Source: Actinomycetota bacterium
GTDB taxonomy: Bacteria; Actinomycetota; Acidimicrobiia; Acidimicrobiales; Ilumatobacteraceae
Assembly (NCBI GenBank): GCA_026393535.1
Contig: JAPKZY010000107.1
Span: 781-64,780 of the forward strand
DNA: 64,000 bases
Direction: 5' to 3'
Shown here: in pieces, positions 54,263 to 64,000 of the stretch
How positions within the stretch are numbered: the first letter of the stretch is position 1
How the letters are laid out: every line of letters starts with the position of its first letter
The notes under the pieces: model-generated
The model's database searches: none
What the model saw: only the letters and a program-made list of their open reading frames with translations
What the model was told of the DNA's origin: nothing
Made by a program: the position numbers and the translations under genes

Positions 54263-55017
54263 CGGCGGTCTTGCATGAACGGAAATGTAGTGCGAACGGA
54301 CTGTACTTCTTCTGCGGAAATGTCGGCATACAAGATTGTTGGTAGGTCCTGTGCTTCAGCGATAACTTCCCCGAGTGGATTGATGACGCGGCTGTCGCCC
54401 GCATATGACAATCCACCTGCTGAGCCCACGCGGTTACAACCAATCACAAACGCCTGATTTTCAATGGCACGTGCACGCAAGAGCGACATCCAATGTTCCC
54501 GACGGCTTGCTGGCCAATTGCCTGGTACGAGATAGACATCTGTGTCTGCGGCGGTTTTCCAAAATTCATCTGCGAATCGAAGGTCGTAACACACAAAAAG
54601 GGTCACGCGTATTCCGTCAACGTTGACGGTTACAAAATCTTTGCCTGGGCGGAAATAAGTGTCTTCGCCTCCATAGGTAAATGGGTGAATCTTGTGATAC
54701 CGATGCTTTTCACCTTGTGGGTTAACAAGAACAAAAGAGTTGAAGGGTCGAGGATCATCTGAGGTCACCTCAGGACAACTGCCGCCAATCCATATGTTGT
54801 GTTGCTTCGCCATCTGTGTAAGAAATTGTGATGATGGGCCACCTTCAGGTTCGCCAATGTCACTGCGGTCAACAACAAACCCAGTAGAAAACATTTCTGT
54901 GAGCAAAACGAAAGTCGCGCCCTGTTCTGCAGCTGTCGAGACGAGCGGAGCAAGCTGGGTAAAGTTTGCATCCCTATCAACCCACACAGTGTCTGCCTGG
55001 ATTATTGCAACTTTCAT
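54259..55017 (-). CDS. Carbon-nitrogen hydrolase (nitrilase superfamily; omega-amidase/Nit-like)
   Basis: The Glu-Lys-Cys triad contexts are LTEMF, YHKIHPF and FVCYDLRF. The ATG at 55017 overlaps the stop of the aminotransferase gene (ATGA). Confidence 0.85.
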   Translation of the reverse strand: MKVAIIQADTVWVDRDANFTQLAPLVSTAAEQGATFVLLTEMFSTGFVVDRSDIGEPEGGPSSQFLTQMAKQHNIWIGGSCPEVTSDDPRPFNSFVLVNPQGEKHRYHKIHPFTYGGEDTYFRPGKDFVTVNVDGIRVTLFVCYDLRFADEFWKTAADTDVYLVPGNWPASRREHWMSLLRARAIENQAFVIGCNRVGSAGGLSYAGDSRVINPLGEVIAEAQDLPTILYADISAEEVQSVRTTFPFMQDRR

Positions 55018-56252
55018 GCCCACGCTCGCAGTTGCTCAGATGCGCGAGAAATAGTTGACAATTCCTTGCAGAAGGCAAAGCGAACTAGGTGGCGACCCTC
55101 TGATTGATGTCGTGGATCATAAAGAACTGCTGCAGGAATGGCGACGATGCCTGCTTGACCTGGGAGTTCGCGACAAAATGCGACGCCGTCTCCGTCAGGG
55201 CGCCGGCCGCGGATATCGGCAGTAATAAAGTACGTACCTTCAGGCGTGATGGGTTGCAGTCCACACTCTTCAAGTGCTTGCATCAAAACGTCGCGTTTGC
55301 GTTGCAGATCAGCGCTGAGTTCAGCAAAGTATGAATCAGGGAGACGTAAGCCAGCGGCTATTGCTGGCTGAAATGGTGACCCGCCAGCAAAGGTAAATAG
55401 TTGTTTAGCCATGCGAGTGGCATTGATAAGTGGAGCAGGAGCACAGGCCCAACCGATCTTCCAACCGGTCGTATTAAAAGATTTACCGCCTGAAGAAATA
55501 GTGATGGTGCGTTCGAACATTCCGGGCAGAGTTGCGATGGGGATATGTGTCTTATTGTCGAAAACCAGGTGCTCGTACACCTCGTCTGAAATAACTATGA
55601 GGTCGTGCTCAATGGCTATTCCTGCAATGGTCTGAAGTTCCTGCAAAGTAAATACAGAGCCAGTGGGGTTGTGCGGCGAGTTCAACAGAATCATTCGTGT
55701 GCGAGGTGTGATTGAGCGCCGCAACTCGTCAGTATCGAATTCGTAACGGCCAGACTGTTGCGGACGTAACGTAATGGGCACGCTAACCGCTCCTGCCAAC
55801 GCGATGCACCCTGCATACGTGTCAAACAATGGTTCGAACACAATTACTTCGTCACCGTCGTTCAAGATGCCGAGAAGTGCTCCAGCTAAAGCTTCGGTCG
55901 CGCCCATAGTGATGAGAATTTCTGTGGCGGGGTCGTACATGAGCCCCCAGAAACGATCTTCATGCCCGCTGACGGCAAGTCGAAGATCGGCCATTCCGAT
56001 ACCGGGTGGGTATTGATTATTCCCGGCAGCAATTTGGTCGCGTGCAATCTGTAGAACCTCTGCTGGTCCGTCATAATCCGGAAACCCCTGGCCAAGATTG
56101 ATGGAACCAGTCGAAACTGCAAGTGCAGTCATCTCAGCAAAGATCGAAGCGCCAAAACCTTGTAGGCGACTCGTTAATGGCGATTGAGCGTTCACTGCTT
56201 CAATCGTATGTGATGGAAGAGCGGGACTAGGCAGTCCAGCCAGCGAATGCAT
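55014..56252 (-). CDS. Class I/II PLP-dependent aminotransferase (YbdL / kynurenine-glutamine transaminase-like)
   Basis: It contains [21 protein letters not shown] and [16 protein letters not shown] (PLP Lys). The ATG at 56252 overlaps the upstream LLM gene by 26 nt. A GTG at 56195 is an alternative start. Confidence 0.85.
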   Translation of the reverse strand: MHSLAGLPSPALPSHTIEAVNAQSPLTSRLQGFGASIFAEMTALAVSTGSINLGQGFPDYDGPAEVLQIARDQIAAGNNQYPPGIGMADLRLAVSGHEDRFWGLMYDPATEILITMGATEALAGALLGILNDGDEVIVFEPLFDTYAGCIALAGAVSVPITLRPQQSGRYEFDTDELRRSITPRTRMILLNSPHNPTGSVFTLQELQTIAGIAIEHDLIVISDEVYEHLVFDNKTHIPIATLPGMFERTITISSGGKSFNTTGWKIGWACAPAPLINATRMAKQLFTFAGGSPFQPAIAAGLRLPDSYFAELSADLQRKRDVLMQALEECGLQPITPEGTYFITADIRGRRPDGDGVAFCRELPGQAGIVAIPAAVLYDPRHQSEGRHLVRFAFCKELSTISRASEQLRAWA

Positions 56253-57228
56253 CGATCATGGCTGTGACATCACCAAGTGGGTACAAGATGGGGCAGGTTG
56301 CGCCATCCTTCATGTATTCACGAACCTTTGCGCGTGCTTCATCTGGTGTTCCCGATGCAGTGAGCATCTGAACAATTTCATCTGGCACAAGCTTTGATGC
56401 AGCCTCGACTTGTTCATGGGTTGCGGGCCATGTCAGAACTTCTCCGACTTTGTCGAGCAATGATTGCGAAACGCCAGACGCCTTCATGATGTGTGGTTGT
56501 TGTCCGAGGTATTGGGTAACCATCATGCGTGCCATGTCAAGAGCAGTTTTGCGATCTTCATGCACGCTGCACACAACGAGTTGTGGTCTGTCGATTTTTT
56601 CCCATGACCGGCCAGCTTTGTCGGCGCCGATAGCAAGATGCTCAAGTGCCTTTTTGTTGTACTCAGGGGACACGAGGTAATTGAGGACAACCCCGTCAGC
56701 GATTTCACCTGCGAGTTCCATCATCTGCATACCGGTTGCGCCGAGATAGATGGGTACATCCTTTGGGCGACGCTCTTGGTACACGTAATCAAGTTCAACG
56801 CCATCGAGGTGAACAAATTCGCCGTTCATGGTGACGGTTTCGTTGGCAAGTAGGGCACGAACTGCAGTGATGATTTCTCGCATTGCGCGAAGTGGCTTAG
56901 CGCGCGAAATACCGACTTTTTCTGCAAGTGGATCCCACCATGCACCGATGCCGAGAATTACGCGACCCGGAGCTAAGTCATCAAGCGTTGAAAAGGTTGC
57001 AGCAAGGCGAGCAGGGTTGCGTGTCCAGCAATCAACAACGCCTGAACCAATCTTGATGGTGTCGGTGACAGCAGCAAACGCTGACATCGGAACTATGGCA
57101 TCACGAACAAGTCGACTATCTGCTTGCCATACGGCTTCGAACCCTTTTTGTTCTGCGTACTTTGTGTATTCCATTCCTTCAGCAATGGGGTGTGCATCTT
57201 GCAAGTAGAGGGCGGCGGGGCTTGTCAT
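56227..57228 (-). CDS. LLM-class F420/flavin-dependent oxidoreductase (methylene-H4MPT reductase-like)
   Basis: It has the LLM pattern ([39 protein letters not shown]). It overlaps the upstream molybdoenzyme gene by 4 nt. Confidence 0.8.
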   Translation of the reverse strand: MTSPAALYLQDAHPIAEGMEYTKYAEQKGFEAVWQADSRLVRDAIVPMSAFAAVTDTIKIGSGVVDCWTRNPARLAATFSTLDDLAPGRVILGIGAWWDPLAEKVGISRAKPLRAMREIITAVRALLANETVTMNGEFVHLDGVELDYVYQERRPKDVPIYLGATGMQMMELAGEIADGVVLNYLVSPEYNKKALEHLAIGADKAGRSWEKIDRPQLVVCSVHEDRKTALDMARMMVTQYLGQQPHIMKASGVSQSLLDKVGEVLTWPATHEQVEAASKLVPDEIVQMLTASGTPDEARAKVREYMKDGATCPILYPLGDVTAMIDAFAGWTA

Positions 57229-59831
57229 GTTGGGTCCTCGGTTGCATCGGCATTTTTAGGTTTCATTGGAAGTCGGGTACGCCATATTCCGTCTGCTGCA
57301 TGTAATGCCGCGGCAACGGCTGGCGCTGTAGGAACAAGGCCGATCTCGCCGACGCCCTTAATGCCGTAGGGACTGCGTGGTTGCGGACATTCCACCATGA
57401 CAACGTCAACAGGCGGCATGTCTTTCGGGCGAATGATTCCGAGAGAGCGCAATGTCATATTCGTGGGGTAACCCATGTCATCGCTAGGGAAGTCTTCAGT
57501 CAATGCGTATCCAAGACCCATGTGCACTGATCCTTCGATTTGTCCTTCACACAGAGCTGGGTTTACAGCACGGCCAACATCGTGCACAGCGACTACTTTT
57601 TCAATCTTCTGAGTCTCAGGGTCCATAATCACCATCTGTGCCGCATATCCAAATGCAGAGTGAATAATTGGGTTCTCGACACCTGGTTCACCTAAGTGGT
57701 GTGTCCAGTCGATGACGTATTCACCGGTGTAGTCAATTCCGGTCTTGCAGCCATCTTCGAGAGCCGCTGCACATGCCCGTTGCACGCTGGCAGCTGCCAT
57801 GAGAGTGCCACGACTTCCCGTTGTTTGACCAAAACCTAATTGGCGAGTTGTGTCAACGAAGACGCGAATTGTTGACGCGTCGATGCCGAGTTCTTCCACG
57901 GCTACTTGAAGCGCAACAGTATGCACGCCTTGGCCCATCTCGGTCCATCCGTGGCGAACTTCTACGATGCCATCAGTACGGAAGTGCACGACCGCGCGCG
58001 TCACTTCACGGAATCCATTTCCTAGACCAGAGTTCTTCAGTCCAAGTCCAAGACCAACTGCACGTCCCGCGGTAACAGCGGCATCGTATGCAGGTTTAAT
58101 TTCATCAAGACACATATCTGCGCCCTTGCATCCATCATCCATGATTTGGCCTGGGCCCCACACTTGCCCCGGATGAATAACGTTCCGTTTGCGAATCTCC
58201 CAACCAGAAATACCAAGTTGTTCAGCAAGTCGGTCGAGACAGCCTTCCATAGCGAACTGAGCTTGGTTGGCACCGAAACCTCGAAAAGCCCCACAGATAG
58301 GGTTGTTCGTACGAACTGCCACAGAAGCAATATCAACGTTCGGTACAAAATACGGACCAGTTGCATGTCCGGCAGCCCGCTCGAGAACTTTCATGCCAAC
58401 TGATGCGTACGAGCCAGAGTCGCCGATCATCCGTGCATGCACGGCAGTTAGTTTTCCGTTTGCGTCACAGCCAACTGAATACTCCATGCGAATGGGGTGA
58501 CGTTTGGCGTGCATTAGCAAGCTTTCTTCACGCGACAACGTGCAATTGACTGGTTGCTGTAACAACCATGCCGCAAGAGCTGTCTGTCCTTGGTTCGACA
58601 TGTCTTCTTTGCCGCCAAATGCACCACCGTTAGACACCAGTTCAACGATTACTTTGTCTTTCGCAACATTCAAGATGTCGCAGATTTGGTCGCGGTCATC
58701 CCACACGCCTTGGCCACCCGAATACACATGCATTGTGCCATCTTTTGTATTTGGCACTGCAAGAGTTGATTCGGGTTCTAAGAAAGCATGTTCAATGCGT
58801 TGCGTCTGAAAAGTCTCGGTAACTGTGAATGAACTAGAGCTAAGTGCAGACGCAGTGTCACCACGTTGATACTCGCTACGCGACAACACATTGTTTTCAG
58901 TGCCCCACACGGCGATTTCTGTGTCGGTAATTGCTGCAACTGCATCAACGATGGGTCGCAGTGGTGCGTAGGAGACTTTTATCAACTCTGCAGCTGCACG
59001 TGCCTCACGACGAGTACGGGCAACCACTATGGCAAGAACATCGCCTGCATACGACGTACGTTCTCCAACGCCAATAAAGACTGGCCAATCTTTGTAGATA
59101 ATTCCGACACGAATATCCCCAGGAACATCTGCTGCGGTAAACACTGCCTCAACACCAGGTGCAGCGAGAGCAGCGGAAGTGTCAATTTCAAGTACGTCTG
59201 CGCGAACATGGGCGGTGAGGTGGAGCGCTGCGTGCAGCATCCCGGGCACTCTGATGTCGTCGACATATCCACGATCACCGAGAGCTAATTCGGCAGATTC
59301 ATATTTTGCGCCGCGTGAACCGATGCCACCAGGAAGTGAAACGGTGACCGGTGTTCCTTTGGCAACGACATCAATGGCATCGAGAATTTTTACGTATCCG
59401 GTGCAGCGACACAGATGTGCACCAAGGTGGCGCGCCATATCTTCTCGCTGTAGGTCTGCACCCTTTTTATCAATTTGTGACTTTGCACGCATGACAATGC
59501 CGGGAATACAAAAACCGCACTGCAAACCGCCGCACGCCGCGAACGCATCTGAAAAAGTTTGGCGTTCTGATTCGTCGACACCTTCCAATGTGATGATCGT
59601 GCGCCCTGCTGCTTTGGCAACGGGGTACTGGCACGAGACCAGTGCTTTGCCATCAATCATGATGGTGCAGCAGCCGCATTGACCAGTGGGCGAGCACCCG
59701 TCCTTTGGTGACGTGATATTCAGTTCGTCTCGTAAGGCTGCAAGCAGGTGCGGATGGTCGGAAGCGACTGATACGTCCTGGCCGTTGACCCGAAATGAGA
59801 CACGTGTGGATGAGTCGGCTAGATCAGTCAT
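57225..59831 (-). CDS. MOP-type molybdopterin aldehyde oxidoreductase: N-terminal double [2Fe-2S] domain fused to a xanthine-oxidase-family Mo-cofactor subunit, with no FAD domain
   Basis: The N-terminus has [35 protein letters not shown] and CRCTGY (two 2Fe-2S sites). An approximately 700-aa aldehyde-oxidase/xanthine-dehydrogenase a/b-hammerhead and Moco-binding region follows. The ATG is at 59831; the track start at 59840 is a TTG. Confidence 0.85.
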   Translation of the reverse strand: MTDLADSSTRVSFRVNGQDVSVASDHPHLLAALRDELNITSPKDGCSPTGQCGCCTIMIDGKALVSCQYPVAKAAGRTIITLEGVDESERQTFSDAFAACGGLQCGFCIPGIVMRAKSQIDKKGADLQREDMARHLGAHLCRCTGYVKILDAIDVVAKGTPVTVSLPGGIGSRGAKYESAELALGDRGYVDDIRVPGMLHAALHLTAHVRADVLEIDTSAALAAPGVEAVFTAADVPGDIRVGIIYKDWPVFIGVGERTSYAGDVLAIVVARTRREARAAAELIKVSYAPLRPIVDAVAAITDTEIAVWGTENNVLSRSEYQRGDTASALSSSSFTVTETFQTQRIEHAFLEPESTLAVPNTKDGTMHVYSGGQGVWDDRDQICDILNVAKDKVIVELVSNGGAFGGKEDMSNQGQTALAAWLLQQPVNCTLSREESLLMHAKRHPIRMEYSVGCDANGKLTAVHARMIGDSGSYASVGMKVLERAAGHATGPYFVPNVDIASVAVRTNNPICGAFRGFGANQAQFAMEGCLDRLAEQLGISGWEIRKRNVIHPGQVWGPGQIMDDGCKGADMCLDEIKPAYDAAVTAGRAVGLGLGLKNSGLGNGFREVTRAVVHFRTDGIVEVRHGWTEMGQGVHTVALQVAVEELGIDASTIRVFVDTTRQLGFGQTTGSRGTLMAAASVQRACAAALEDGCKTGIDYTGEYVIDWTHHLGEPGVENPIIHSAFGYAAQMVIMDPETQKIEKVVAVHDVGRAVNPALCEGQIEGSVHMGLGYALTEDFPSDDMGYPTNMTLRSLGIIRPKDMPPVDVVMVECPQPRSPYGIKGVGEIGLVPTAPAVAAALHAADGIWRTRLPMKPKNADATEDPT

Positions 59832-59918
59832 TGGAACCAACTTATACGAAAAGTAAAACTAAAAGCCATAAAGTTCTTGGGTTTCATGCAGTGGACGCGT
59901 GGCGAATAGGGTTCCCCT

Positions 59919-60926
59919 ATGAAATCCAGTTGGGTCCGCCGCCCCATCACAGGCATTGGTGTCTTTTTGATCGCCATTGTTCTCACGGTCACCCTGCCGT
60001 TATGGGCAGTGGTCACCATGACCGTTGATGCTGTACGTGGACGATGGAGATTTCCCATCTCGCGCCTCATTGGTTTTGCCACGTGCTGGGCATGGCTTGA
60101 AACATCTGGTCTTGTCGTGGCACTGTTCTTGTTCTTCACAGGGCGAGGACGAAGTGTGCCGGCACATTACGCACTGCAGACTTGGTGGTGCCGCAGTCTT
60201 ATTCAGGCACTCGGCTTCACGGTTGGACTACAGATAACTGTAGAAGGTGCAGAACATGTAGGCCCTGGACCGTTTGTTGCGCTTGGTCGTCACGCGAGTC
60301 TTGCTGACTCAATCATGAGTTCATGGGTTGTTGCTTCTCATATTGGACTGCGTCCACGATTCGTTCTGAAAAAGGAACTGAAGATAGATCCGTGTCTTGA
60401 CATTCTCGGACATCGTTTGCCGAATTATTTCGTTGATAGAGAATCTTCGAATATTGCTGGTGAGCTTCAAGGTATTGAACAGATGGCCGCTGGTTTAGGA
60501 GTGAAGGACTGTGCAGTGATCTTCCCTGAAGGAAGCCGTGCAAGTGCAAAGAAACGTGTTCGTGCGCTCGAACGGCTGCGTGAACGTTCACCTCAGCGCG
60601 CAGAGACTCTTGCTGGGCTGATGTATTTGATTCCTCCGAAGCCAGCAGGAGCCAGCGCGTTGCTATCAGCCGTCCCAGAAGCAAATGTTCTAGTCATGTG
60701 GCACAGCGGTTTCGACGGTCTCGATACCTTCTCTGGAATTCTGAGCCACTTGGGTCGCGCAAAGGCAAAAGTGCATGTTCATGTGGAAGAGATTTCGCGC
60801 GCCCTGATTCCGTCGGGTGAAGCCTTCGTGTCGTGGCTTGATGCAAAATGGGTCGAGATGGATAACGCAGTTCGTCGTCAATTAGACAGCGATGCAAACG
60901 GCAATCGGGGGGTTGTTCATGGGTAA
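59919..60926 (+). CDS. Lysophospholipid (1-acyl-sn-glycerol-3-phosphate) acyltransferase family protein
   Basis: It has N-terminal TM segments, the HxxxxD motif (GRHASLAD) and FPEGSR. Confidence 0.75.
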   Translation: MKSSWVRRPITGIGVFLIAIVLTVTLPLWAVVTMTVDAVRGRWRFPISRLIGFATCWAWLETSGLVVALFLFFTGRGRSVPAHYALQTWWCRSLIQALGFTVGLQITVEGAEHVGPGPFVALGRHASLADSIMSSWVVASHIGLRPRFVLKKELKIDPCLDILGHRLPNYFVDRESSNIAGELQGIEQMAAGLGVKDCAVIFPEGSRASAKKRVRALERLRERSPQRAETLAGLMYLIPPKPAGASALLSAVPEANVLVMWHSGFDGLDTFSGILSHLGRAKAKVHVHVEEISRALIPSGEAFVSWLDAKWVEMDNAVRRQLDSDANGNRGVVHG

Positions 60927-61695
60927 GGCAATGGCAGTATCAGCGATCACAATGGTGATCATCATGGTGGTCACATGGTTAATAAGTCTGGCTATCAAGA
61001 ATGCGTCGATTGTTGACATTACGTGGGGTCTTGGTTTTGCAATCACCTCGTGGGTGCTCGCGCTGACTATCGATGGTGATTCAACACGGCAGTCGTTGCT
61101 TGCGTTCATGGTTGGGCTATGGGGTCTTCGTCTCGGTACGTATTTGGCGAAACGCAACCTTGGTCACGGTGAAGACTGGCGCTACAAGTTAATGCGCAAG
61201 AAGAGAGGTCCAAAGTTTGGTCTTATCAGTCTTGCCACTGTGTTCGGATTACAGGGTGCGTTGATGTTTATCGTCTCGTTGCCCGTGATGTTTGGAAACT
61301 CAGATTCCACTCCTGGTGTTGGTCCAATCGCGGTTATCGGAATCATGGTGTGGGCTGTTGGGTTTTTGTTTGAAGCAATCGGCGATTGGCAATTGGCTCG
61401 CTTTATTCGGGACTCTTCTAACGCTGGCAAGGTGATGCAGACAGGCCTATGGAGCCTCACGCGTCATCCCAACTACTTCGGTAACGCACTGTTGTGGTGG
61501 GGGATTGGAATTGTCGCTGCTGAAACAGGCAGTGGAGCCATTGGTCTCATTGGTCCAGTTGTAATGACCTATCTCTTGCTCAAGGTCTCTGGGGTTCCTA
61601 TGTTGGAGCATTCAATGAACAAGCGCCGTGAAGGCTATGCAGAATACGCAACTCGTACCAGCATGTTTATTCCGCGTCTCCCGAAGAAGGCGTAA
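60919..61695 (+). CDS. DUF1295 / steroid 5-alpha-reductase-like membrane protein
   Basis: It contains GLWSLTRHPNYFGNALLWWG and C-terminal GYAEYATRTSMFIP. The ATG at 60919 overlaps the previous gene by 8 nt. Confidence 0.75.
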   Translation: MGKAMAVSAITMVIIMVVTWLISLAIKNASIVDITWGLGFAITSWVLALTIDGDSTRQSLLAFMVGLWGLRLGTYLAKRNLGHGEDWRYKLMRKKRGPKFGLISLATVFGLQGALMFIVSLPVMFGNSDSTPGVGPIAVIGIMVWAVGFLFEAIGDWQLARFIRDSSNAGKVMQTGLWSLTRHPNYFGNALLWWGIGIVAAETGSGAIGLIGPVVMTYLLLKVSGVPMLEHSMNKRREGYAEYATRTSMFIPRLPKKA

Positions 61696-61698
61696 AGG

Positions 61699-62898
61699 CT
61701 AAATCGCCGCTAGAGCGCGGTGAATGTCATCGACCAGGTCGTCTGCATCTTCAAGGCCAATTGAGAACCGCAGCAAACCTGCGGTGACGCCCATGGTTAC
61801 AAGATCTTCTTGTGAAAGTCCGACATGGGTACTTGTTGCAGGGTGACACACCAACGTTTCAGGTCCGCCGAACGAAGTAGCGATGTGTACAAGTTGCAGA
61901 TGCGAAACAATTGATTGACACGACTCGAATCCGCCGGTGACTTCGACAGCAATAACAGTTCCGCCCAGTCTCATTTGTTCGCGAGCTAATTCATGTTGTG
62001 GGTGAGACTCTAAGAACGGGTGTGATACAGAAAGAATCTTGGCATGACCCTCTAATGAGCGGGCAAGAATGAGGGCGGTTTGGTTTTGGCGCTCCGTACG
62101 AACTCCTAATGTACGTATTCCGCGTAAACCATTTGCGGCGTCATATGGCGAGGCAACTGCGCCGTGCATGACCGCATATCCCCACACCGAATCAATCAGG
62201 TCTTTCTCACCAGCAATCACTCCGAGAAGTGCGTCGTTGTGCCCGCCGATGCCCTTTGTAGCGGAATGCAACACGATGTCGATTCCGAAATCAAGAGGAC
62301 GTTGACCCATTGGTGTTGCAAGAGTTGAATCGACCACAGTGAAAGGTCCACGAATGGAGCCCAACTCAGCAAGATTGGTAATCGCCAGTCTCGGATTCGA
62401 TGGAGTCTCTGCAATCACCAACATTGTCTTGCCCGGAATTACTGCAGCTGCAAATGACCCGGGGACTGTTGGATCAACAAATGTTGTCTCTATTCCAAAG
62501 CGCGCACATGGTCCTTGCAAGAAAGACAAGGTGGCTCCGTACAGATTGTTCTGCGCAACGATGTGAGAGCCGTTTCCGCAGAACGACAAGATGACCGACG
62601 CAATTGCTCCCATGCCTGAGCCGAAGGCAAGTGCCGATTCAGCGCCCTCTAGTTGAGCAACGGCGTTTTCAAACTGAGTGACGGTTGGGTTGGAGAAACG
62701 AGAGTAAAAAGTCTCTGAACGAAGCCCTGTCGCACGTTTTGTGGCGTCGGCCAGGCTGTCAGACTCCCACACCGAATTTGGCCATATCGCAGGCGACAGG
62801 GACCGAGAACCATCTCGTCCCGCTGTAATTGCATTGGTGTCGGGCTTTTGGGGCACCTGACGATGATAACGAGCCTGTGACCCAAAATCGGGGGACAT
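61699..62898 (-). CDS. Cys/Met-metabolism PLP-dependent enzyme (cystathionine gamma-synthase / gamma-lyase / beta-lyase family)
   Basis: It contains YSRFSNPT, the PLP-lysine motif HSATKGIGGHND and C-terminal LLRFSIGLEDADDLVDD. Confidence 0.85.
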   Translation of the reverse strand: MSPDFGSQARYHRQVPQKPDTNAITAGRDGSRSLSPAIWPNSVWESDSLADATKRATGLRSETFYSRFSNPTVTQFENAVAQLEGAESALAFGSGMGAIASVILSFCGNGSHIVAQNNLYGATLSFLQGPCARFGIETTFVDPTVPGSFAAAVIPGKTMLVIAETPSNPRLAITNLAELGSIRGPFTVVDSTLATPMGQRPLDFGIDIVLHSATKGIGGHNDALLGVIAGEKDLIDSVWGYAVMHGAVASPYDAANGLRGIRTLGVRTERQNQTALILARSLEGHAKILSVSHPFLESHPQHELAREQMRLGGTVIAVEVTGGFESCQSIVSHLQLVHIATSFGGPETLVCHPATSTHVGLSQEDLVTMGVTAGLLRFSIGLEDADDLVDDIHRALAAI

Positions 62899-62945
62899 TG
62901 CGATGGTTCAGTCGGGAAGAGGGCCTGTGGGGTAGCCTTGAACCC

Positions 62946-63128
62946 ATGTTCTCTTACTTAGACGCCGCTACCGGCAGCATGATTATCACCGCCATCGCTG
63001 GTGGTGTGGCCGGACTTGGTGTCGCAGTCAAGATGTGGTCAGCTCGCATCAAGTCCAAAATCACGGGCAAGCCAATGCCTGATTTCGATTCCTCGGACGA
63101 GGACGACACCGCCTCAGCTCACGACTAA
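62946..63128 (+). CDS. Small single-pass membrane protein (60 aa), hypothetical
   Basis: MFSYLDAATGSMIITAIAGGVAGLGVAVKMW is a TM helix, followed by a basic then acidic tail. It lies 3 nt upstream of the next gene. This is a weak call. Confidence 0.3.
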   Translation: MFSYLDAATGSMIITAIAGGVAGLGVAVKMWSARIKSKITGKPMPDFDSSDEDDTASAHD

Positions 63129-63131
63129 CCC

Positions 63132-64000
63132 ATGGCGAGCATTCTTCAAGACCCAGGCTCTTTTCGTGACCCCTTAAGCAAGGTGTTTGTCGGCGACGGC
63201 ACAGTAGTCAGAGCGTTCACCGAGATGGGTGCCTCTGACATCGACAAGGTGTGGAAGAAGAAGTCAATTCAGCGTGCGCTTGAATCTGGCGATCTCATTT
63301 CTTCGACAATTGTTGAGCCAGCCTCGGTGGGTCTCGGCGCGCCGTGGGTCTCTGCGATGACACATCCTTTAGTGCCTTTTATTTCGTATCCGTATGAGTG
63401 GACATTTTCGATGTTGCAAGATGCAGCAATGTTGCAACTGAAGCTCACTCGCGCTGCCGTTGTTGATGGAGTGGGTGTCAAAGATGCAACTCCGTACAAC
63501 ATTCAGTTCATTGGTTCGCGTGCACAGTTTATTGATGCGGGCTCTTTTGAAGTTCGCAAAAAGGGTGACCCTTGGTACGGATATCAGCAATTCTGTGAAA
63601 TGTTTCTGTATCCACTGATGTTGCAGGGTTATCTGGGTGTTGGCTTTCAGCAGATGCTTCGAGGTTCTGTGAATGGCATCTCAATTGACACCATGCGCAA
63701 ATTGCTGCCTTCAAGCCTGCGACACCCGCGCAAGGGTCGTCTTACACATGTCGTGCTTCATGCTGCCGCGCAAAAGCGTTACGCCGATTCAAACGTTGAC
63801 ATGAAAAAGCAAGCCGCTAAATCTGGTCTAAACGCCCAGGTTCTCGATGCCACGATGAAGAAGTTGGAAAGCATTGTCTCCAGCATCAATCTCGGGGACA
63901 AGACGTCGACCTGGTCTGAATATTCAGAACGCGGTCACTACATCGAATCAAGCCTCGACGAGAAGCAGAAGTTTGTACGCGATGCTGTTGCTTCGGCTCC
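63132..64000 (+). CDS. Putative SAM-dependent methyltransferase of the NoeA-like type, N-terminal part (open to the window end)
   Basis: It is absent from the ORF track because it has no stop before the edge. I translated it by hand from ATG 63132: MASILQDPGSFRDPLSKVFVGDGTVVRAF...ISYPYEWTFSMLQDAAMLQLKLTRAAVVDGVGVKDATPYNIQFIGSRAQFIDAGSFE.... The frame stays open for 289 codons. The pattern resembles proteins I recall as annotated NoeA-like or class I methyltransferases. Confidence 0.45.
   Translation, partial: MASILQDPGSFRDPLSKVFVGDGTVVRAFTEMGASDIDKVWKKKSIQRALESGDLISSTIVEPASVGLGAPWVSAMTHPLVPFISYPYEWTFSMLQDAAMLQLKLTRAAVVDGVGVKDATPYNIQFIGSRAQFIDAGSFEVRKKGDPWYGYQQFCEMFLYPLMLQGYLGVGFQQMLRGSVNGISIDTMRKLLPSSLRHPRKGRLTHVVLHAAAQKRYADSNVDMKKQAAKSGLNAQVLDATMKKLESIVSSINLGDKTSTWSEYSERGHYIESSLDEKQKFVRDAVASA

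Noticed and set aside
1-64000. CRISPR arrays, IS elements or large dispersed repeats anywhere in the window
   Set aside because: The only repeats found by eye are intragenic and low-complexity: the helicase RD tail, the MreC poly-Thr tract, the Tig HD tail and the cupredoxin domain duplication. There is no regularly spaced repeat-spacer structure, and no cas or transposase-like ORF.

Overview
This is a compact chromosomal segment, almost entirely coding, with moderate GC judged by eye. Gene order points to an Actinomycetota genome, possibly Acidimicrobiia-like (inference only). The conserved blocks are tig-clpP-clpX, folC-ndk-mreB-mreC-mreD-pbp2-rodA, and rne-rplU-rpmA-(dGTPase, antisense)-obg-proB-murJ. 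The rest is accessory metabolism: aldehyde dehydrogenase, a Baeyer-Villiger monooxygenase, a PhyH dioxygenase, several F420/LLM-type oxidoreductases, acyl-CoA enzymes, a MOP-like molybdoenzyme and a glycan-modification cluster. There are two tRNA genes, Pro-TGG and Gly-GCC. I found no CRISPR array, transposase or integrase. The observations most worth a second look are listed here. (1) An MPT53/DsbE-like lipoprotein has an in-frame TGA exactly where the first Cys of the CxxC motif should be, followed by a SECIS-like hairpin, making it a candidate secreted selenoprotein. (2) A SAM-I-clan riboswitch-like element with a minimal P2 lies upstream of metX. (3) A DEAD-box helicase has an RG/RD-rich repeat tail that continues in the +1 frame. 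(4) An orphan CoxD/CoxE-like MoxR-VWA pair is tightly linked to a phosphatase, a short GMC flavoprotein and an atypical MBL-fold gene. (5) A five-gene, translationally coupled minus-strand operon runs from a MOP-like molybdoenzyme to a flippase-like membrane protein. (6) A VWA gene lies next to an NrtR-like Nudix regulator, with a 30-bp palindrome between them. (7) A GT-C / GT2 / pyruvyltransferase / FrhB-like envelope glycan cluster is present. All functional calls come from motif recognition by eye; no database search was run.
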